64,000 nucleotides of DNA from Somniosus microcephalus. Its lineage: Eukaryota. The position numbers were made by a program, and so were the translations under genes. Positions 57,595 to 64,000 of the stretch are shown piece by piece (position 1 is the first letter of the stretch; every line of letters starts with the position of its first letter). The stretch spans positions 9,362,001 through 9,426,000 of the forward strand of contig CM126233.1 of NCBI GenBank assembly GCA_052327205.1, read 5' to 3'. Under the pieces are notes generated by a model, which ran no database searches, was not told the DNA's origin, and saw nothing but the letters and a program-made list of their open reading frames with translations.

Positions 57595-58609
57595 TATGTG
57601 AGAATGTGGAACTCGCTACCACAGGGTGTGGTTGAGACGAATAGCATAGATGCATTTAAGGGGAAGCCAGATAAACACGAGGGAGAAAGGAATAGAAGGG
57701 TATGCTGATAGGGTGAGATGGGGTGGGGTGGGAGGAGGCTCGTGTGGAGCACAAACACCGGCCAGTTGAGCCAAGTGGCCTGTTCCTGTGCTGTACATTC
57801 TATGTAATATTTTCTCATTTCTTTTAAAAGAGCGTCTTTGGAAAAGGTCAGCGATGGGTCAGCGACAGGTTCAGTAGGTACGTGAAGCAGAGAATCCCAA
57901 CATCAGCAAGCTTTCAATCATAAGACATGCAAGAGATGATCAAACCCTCTCCGTCTTGTTACCTCCACCCACTTTCCAAAGCCTCCTGAAAACCCACCTC
58001 TTCGATCACAATTCTTCTCCTACGACCGATCAGCATCCACCACTCCTCGGAGGATTAAAGTACGAGGGCAGGTGGCATAAACCTGGCTTGTGTTTCCTTG
58101 AGTTTAGAAGATTGAAGGGTGATCTGATCGAGGTGTTTAAAATGTTGAAAGGATTCGATAGGTTAGACACAGGGAGACTATTTCCTCTGGTGATTTTCCA
58201 ACGCTTCCCATCCGGAACGGTACTGGATACTTGTGCAGATGCCTGTTGTATATTGGGTGGTACAGGCACTTAATGAAAGGTGCCATTTATTGTAGCACAC
58301 CTCTCGAGTGAATGGCTGTTTACATAGATGGAAATACATAGAAGTTACATTTGGAAACAGGCTTAAACTGGCCCATTTGGCCATTTGGCCCGTTCAGTCT
58401 GTGTCGGCCTTTACCCTCTGTGTGAGTAAATAGTTTGAATCACATTGACCTGCCCTGTTCCCGTATCCCTTCAACCTCTTTTCCTTCATTCACCTATCTT
58501 GAATGTTGCCATAGATTCTGCTTCAACCACTAATCTTAGAAGTGAATTCCACAATCTCACAACTCTCTGTGTGATGAAGTTTCTCCTGCCCCCCTGTTCT
58601 AAACTTCTT
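57595..58609. mobile_element. Short degenerate CR1 fragments (57595-57810 +, 58040-58190 +, 58330-58609 -)
   Basis: RMWNSLPQGVVE and FRRLKGDLIEVFK motifs; the minus fragment resumes at ~59505-59590. Confidence 0.75.
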
Positions 58610-59504
58610 GGGGAAAAAATTCAGTTGATTAGCGCCTCCCATTAGCACCCTAAGAGGGCGCTAACGGGGCACAAAGCAACTAGCGCCTGGGCACGGCGAT
58701 GTTTGCGCTGCTTCTGAAATTGACCAGGCAGTTTGCGGCGGCGCTAAACATTACCGCCACGATCTCCTGTGCCCGCAGATCGTGACGTCAGTAGAGCGTT
58801 CAACGCCCCGGTAGCGCCCCGGACTGGATATTGAGTGGCGCTCCCTGCCTTACCGCCTGCCGCTAGCAACAACAGGTTGAGGGGAGCGTTTTTCAGTCAG
58901 GAAGGGACTGGGGGAGCGCTATTTAAAGGTGGCCGCTTCCTGCCTTTTTTTGTCGGTGACATTTTTGCACCACGCATTCTGAGAGAGAGAGGGAGAGAGA
59001 CTTCTGGAGAGATTCAACGCTGTGTGAAGGAGTTTTGGGTACTGAGCAGCACTTTGCAGATTCATTTTGATTTGACCTTCCTTGCATCGATTTAGAAGAG
59101 ACTGTGGGGGCTGCACTCTGACATCTTTCCCTGGGCCTCTCCATTGTTCTTTGCAGCAGATTTGATGTCCAGGTCTCTCCAGGCTGAGATTCAAGGCTGC
59201 AATGAGCAGGATGTGGATGGAAAGCAAGATCGACCCTCCCCTTTAAGAACTGGCCGGCACCAGTGTGTCTGTGTTCCATTGCTGACTGACATCACATGAG
59301 CTTCGCCAGCGCTCTGAAGTAGCGCCTCGCTCCTCGGCGTTAGCGCCTTAAGAGAAGTGTGTGTAGTGCCTGATTTAGCGCTCCAATCACCTCCAGGGGC
59401 GATAGAAGCCAAGTTTGCAGTCGGAGGTGATAATTAGCGCCAGGCACTAAACTTTGCGCCCAGCCGGTAATTGTGCCCCAAATGGGGAGATACCGAATTT
59501 CTAC
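58610..59504 (-). mobile_element. Related MITE with shared termini but different interior
   Basis: 58610-58695 is the reverse complement of 35990-36068; 59445-59500 resembles the reverse complement of 56385-56445. Confidence 0.7.
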
Positions 59505-59644
59505 AGCCCCTCATTCAAGACCCCTCAACCACTGGAAGCAGCCTGCTTCTATCTACCTTGTCCCATTCTTTCATTATTTTAAACATTTCGTCCCAACATT
59601 TGTGATTATCTAATTAAAAACGCTAATTAGTCACGTCATTCATT

Positions 59645-60050
59645 AGCTGTGCTATAGCTCAGCGGGTCGCACTCTCACCTCTGGGCCAGAAGATTGTGGG
59701 TTCACGTCCCACGCTAGAGACTTGAGCGCAAAATCCAGGCTTCCACTCCTGTGCGGTGCTGAGGGAGTGCTGCACCGTCAGAAGTGCTGTCTTTTGGATG
59801 AGACATTAAACCAAGGCCCATGGCACTATTTTGAAGAGCCAGGGGAGTTATCCCCGGTGTCCTGGCCAATATTTATCCCTCAACTAACACCTAAAGAAGA
59901 GCAGGGTCATTAGTTACAGTAGAGGAAGAGTATAGTATTATCACATTGCTGTTTGTGGGACTACACTTCAAAAGCTCTTCATTGGCTGTGACACATTTTG
60001 GGATGTCCTGAAGCGGTGATAGGTGCTATAGAAATGCAAGTCTTTCTTTT
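59645..60050 (+). mobile_element. Deu-domain SINE (internally deleted)
   Basis: A box tagctcagcgg, B-box-like gggttcacgtccc, core and tail. Confidence 0.85.
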
Positions 60051-60958
60051 TACTGTAAGGACTTCTTCCCCTTATGTACTGCAAGGTGGGATCTGGTCAG
60101 CTTTATTTTCAACACCTCTACATTGGATGTGATAACAGACAACAGAAATTAAATTGTCAGCAAAAGAGAGAAAAGTTTTTTGACATGCAGGCAGTTTTCA
60201 GGCACTTCTCCCCTCACCTGCATTGCTTAAATCCGCTGGGCCCGAGCCTCCTCTCCTGCCTTGGTCCTTCAGGCTGACTCTACTGCTGCAGGCCCACCTC
60301 TGGCTCAGACATCTGTCCCTGCGGCAGTTTATGTTCTTCTGTTTTCCCTGGGGTATTCCTCGGCACCTGTCAGGGTGAAACGCTTTAACATTGCCCAAAT
60401 GGTGAGGGGGGTCACCATAGCTGGACGTCTCATCCAATCACAACCTGCGCATGGCTCGACAGTCCTTGTGGAGTGTGGGGACCAGTAATGATGAACCCCA
60501 CAGCCCCTTCACTGGGGGAACACTTTAGGAGGTGCACAGCTAAGGTGCTGAATCTGAGCATGCCCAGTAGTGTGCGCCTCAAGTAACCAGGACAAGGAGG
60601 TAACTAAGGGGGAACCAAAAGAAATAAAAAGAATGTAAAAAGCCATTAAAGCAAGAGAAATTATAATTTATAAACTCAGGGACCTCTTATAGTTGTAACA
60701 TTCAGTGTATTTTTACTGTGTAAACACCATGCATCAGTTTTTTTGGCTATATTCCTGTGCCTACAAGCCATGTGAAGATCAAAATCTGGGACCATGTTTT
60801 TGATCAGCTGTCGGCAACTGTTTCATCTCCCAAGCATGTCGTTACTGGGTGGATAAAAATAGCTCTTTCCTCATCGTTAATGATGGTTAGTGAAGGCTGC
60901 ACAAAAATGGAGTTAATTATTACTAATATTCTCATGTATAGTCTTTTAGGTTCAGCAT

Positions 60959-61445
60959 TCATCCAAAACTCGGCTGCCCGTGTTCTAACTCGCACCAAGT
61001 CCCGTTCACCCATCACCCCTGTGCTCGCTGACCTACATTGGCTCCCGGTCCGGCAACGCCTCAATTTTAAAATTCTCAACCTTGTCTTCAAATCCCTCCA
61101 TGGCCTCCTCGCCCCTCCCTATCTCTGTAACCTCCTCCAGCCCTACAACCCTCCGAGATCTCTGTGCCCCTCCAATTCTGGCCTCTTGTGCATTCCTGAT
61201 TTCCATCGCTCCACCATTGACGGCTGTACCTTCAGCTGCCTGGGCCCGAAGCTCTGGAATTTCCTCCCTAAACCTCTTCGCCTCTCTTTCCTTCTTTAAG
61301 ATGCTTCTGAAAACCTACCTTTTGACCAAGCTTATGTTCATCTGTCATAATATGTCCTTATGTGGCATGGTGTCAAATTTTGTTTGATAAGCACCTTGGG
61401 ACGTTTTACTATGTTAATGACGCTTAATAAATGCAAGTTATTGTA
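60959..61445 (+). mobile_element. L2 3' fragment
   Basis: IQNSAARVLTRTKSRSPITPVLADLHWLPVRQRLNFKIL. Confidence 0.9.
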
Positions 61446-61446
61446 A

Positions 61447-61961
61447 GTACATACGAATTAGGAGCAGGAGTCGGCCATTCAGCCCCTCGAGCCTGCTCCG
61501 CCATTCAATAAGATCATGGCTGCTCTTTGACCTCAACTCCACTTTCCTGCCCGATCCCCATATCCCTTGATTCCCCTAGAGTCCAAAGATCTATCGATCT
61601 CAGCCTTGAATATACTCAACGACTCAGCATTCACAGCCCTTTGGGTAGAAAATTCCAAAGATTCACAACCCCCTGAGTGAAGAAATTCCTCCTCATCTCA
61701 GTCTTCAATGGCCGACCCCTTATCCTGAGACTATGCCCCCTAGTTCTAGACTCTCCAGCCAGGGGAAACAACCTCAGCACCTACCTTGTCAATCCCTCTC
61801 AGAATCTGACAGGTTTCAATGAGATCATTCTCATTCTTCTAAACTCCAGAGAGTATAGGACCAATCTACTCAACCGCTCCTCATAGGACAACCCGCTCAC
61901 CCCAGGGATCAATCTAGTGAACCTTCGCCGCACTGCCTCTAAGGCATGTACGTCCTTTCTC
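61447..61961 (-). mobile_element. CR1 3' fragment
   Basis: LRKDVHALEAVRRRFTRLIPG; 3' UTR hairpin at 61460-61520. Confidence 0.9.
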
Positions 61962-62039
61962 AGATTGTTGTCGTTGTTACTGTTGTTGAGCCAGACTGGG
62001 AGCAATGCATTCTGATATAGCTAAGATCATTAAAGTACA

Positions 62040-62715
62040 GTCAACCTGCCCTGCCACCTTCGAAGACTTGTGCACGTACAGCCCCCAGGTCTCTTTGTTC
62101 CTGCGCCCCCTGTAAAATTGTACCATTTAGTTTATATTACATCTCCTCATTCTTCCTACCGGAATGAATCACTTCACACTTCTCTGTGTTAAGTTTCATC
62201 TGCCATGTGTCTGCCCATTTCACCAGTCTGTTTATGCCCTCATGAAGTCTGTTACTATCCCCCTCACTGCTTATAACTTTTCCGGTTTTGTGTCATCTGC
62301 AAACTTTGAAATGATGCCCTGTATAACCCAAGTCCAGGTCATTAATACGTTCCAAAAAGAGTGGTGGTCCTAATACCGACCCCTGGGGGACACCACTATA
62401 TACTTCCCTCCAGTCTAAAAAACAACCGTTCACCACTACTCTCTGCTTTCTGTCCCTTGGCCAATTTCGTATCCACGCTGCTACTTTTCCTTTAATCCCA
62501 TGGGCTTCAATTTTGCTAACAAATTTATTATTTGGTACTTTATCAAACGCCTTTTGAAAGTCCTTATACGGAACATCAACCATACTACCCTCATCAACCC
62601 TCTCTGTTACTTCATCAAAGAATTCAATCAAGTTAGTGAAACATGATTTGACTTCAACAAATCCGTGCTGACTTTCATTTATTAACCCATATTTTTCCAA
62701 GTGCCAATTCATTTT
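62040..62715 (-). mobile_element. CR1 RT internal fragment
   Basis: SQHGF, DFQKAFDKVP, GVPQGSVLGP. Confidence 0.88.
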
Positions 62716-62984
62716 TTCCTTGTACACACTGCAGCCACTGTGCCTCGGTGGTGGAGGGGGTGGATGTTGAAAGACGAGGAATGCCATTCGCCCCATTCTG
62801 GTTGATGCACCCATTGGAAGCTACAGATCACCCATTGCACCATCCAACTCTTTCTGAAATGACTCCCGGTTATTTGCTTCTACGACCTTACATCATGGTC
62901 TATTTCAAGTCTTCACCGCTCTCTCTCTCTCTGCGAGAAAAATCTCCTTACATCAGTCCAAAATTTGCCTTTCACTAACCTTAG

Positions 62985-63410
62985 GTGTTAGCCGCGGCTC
63001 AGCTGAAGGTTGTGGGTTCAAGTTCTACTCCAGAGACTCCAGTGCAGTGCTGAGGGAGTGCCGCACTGTCGGAGGAGCCGTTTTTCAGTTGAAATGTTAA
63101 ACCGAGGCCCTGTCTGCTCTCTCAGGTGGATGTAAAATATCCCATGGCACTATTCGAAGAAGAGCAGGGGAGTTCTCCCCGGTGTCCTGGCCAATATTTA
63201 TCCCTCAACCAACATCGCTAGAAACAGATTATCTGGTCATTGTCACAATGCTGTCTGTGGGATCTTGCTGTGTGCAGATTGCCTGCCGTGTTTCCTATAT
63301 TACAACAGTGGCTACACTTCAAAAATACTTCACTGGCTGTAAAGCGTTTGGGATGTCCTGAGGTCGTGAAAGGGTGTGTTAGAAAGGCAAGTCTTCCTTT
63401 TCTTTCTTTA
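62985..63410 (+). mobile_element. Deu-domain SINE
   Basis: Head partly deleted; core matches the other copies. Confidence 0.88.
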
Positions 63411-63499
63411 GTGTTAGTTAGCAGTGCAATGAGGCAACGTCTCATGAGAATTCCAGTAGGTCATCAGGAAGACAGGTAACTTTAGCACAGATACTGGAG

Positions 63500-63990
63500 C
63501 TTATCCCAAACTCTGCTGCTCGTATCCTATCTCACACCAAGCTCTGCTCACCCATCCCCCTGTCCTTGATGACCTACCTTAGCTTCTGGTCCTCCAACAC
63601 CTCGGATTAAAAATTCTCATCCTTGTGTTTACATCCCTTCCTGACCTCTTACTTCCCAATCTCTTTAACCTCCTCCAGCCCTGTATCCCCAGAACTCTCC
63701 ATCCCTATGACTCTGGCATCTTGTGCATCCCCCTGCTCCATCGCTCCACCATTGGTGGCCGTGCCTCCAGCAGCCCAGACCCCAAGCTATGCATTGCCGC
63801 CCTGAACCCTTCGACATCTCCACCTCCGTCTTCCCCTTTAAGACCTTCTAAACCCACCCCTTTGACCAAGCTTTTGGTCATGCTTCCTAATATCTCATTC
63901 TTTGGCTCAGCGTCCATTTTTTTGATTACGCCTCTGTAATGTGAAGAGCTTTGGGATGTTAAAGCTGCTATAGAAATGCATGTTGCCACT
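63500..63990 (+). mobile_element. Degenerate L2 3' fragment
   Basis: Similar to 38555-39040. Confidence 0.8.
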
Positions 63991-64000
63991 GTTGTATTCA

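Overview
Repeat-saturated eukaryotic DNA, most likely from a cartilaginous fish. This is inferred from HE1-like V-SINE, SacSINE1-like Deu-SINE and HER1-like CR1 repeats, which I recognised by eye without a database search. I could not identify any host protein-coding exon. The window holds three complete Ty3/Gypsy LTR retrotransposons with 5-bp TSDs (7544-12061 on -, 24214-28580 on +, 31520-35927 on +). It also holds many CR1 and L2 LINE copies, a single-ORF APE-RT LINE with a matching bipartite SINE, about nine Deu-type SINEs and hairpin-rich PIF/Harbinger-like MITEs. Tandem repeats include a C-rich ~101-bp minisatellite, a 7.9-kb 20-bp satellite with higher-order structure and an 85-bp minisatellite that arose inside a CR1 endonuclease. 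The most unusual object is the young, intact 4.4-kb Gypsy at 31520-35927. It has no tRNA primer-binding site; instead the PBS position is a perfect 13-nt complement of its own LTR across the AATAAA, a candidate for self-priming and/or poly(A)-signal occlusion. Its RT active site reads YLDN instead of YxDD, and its gag carries five exact GCCATCTTG (YY1-like) motifs.
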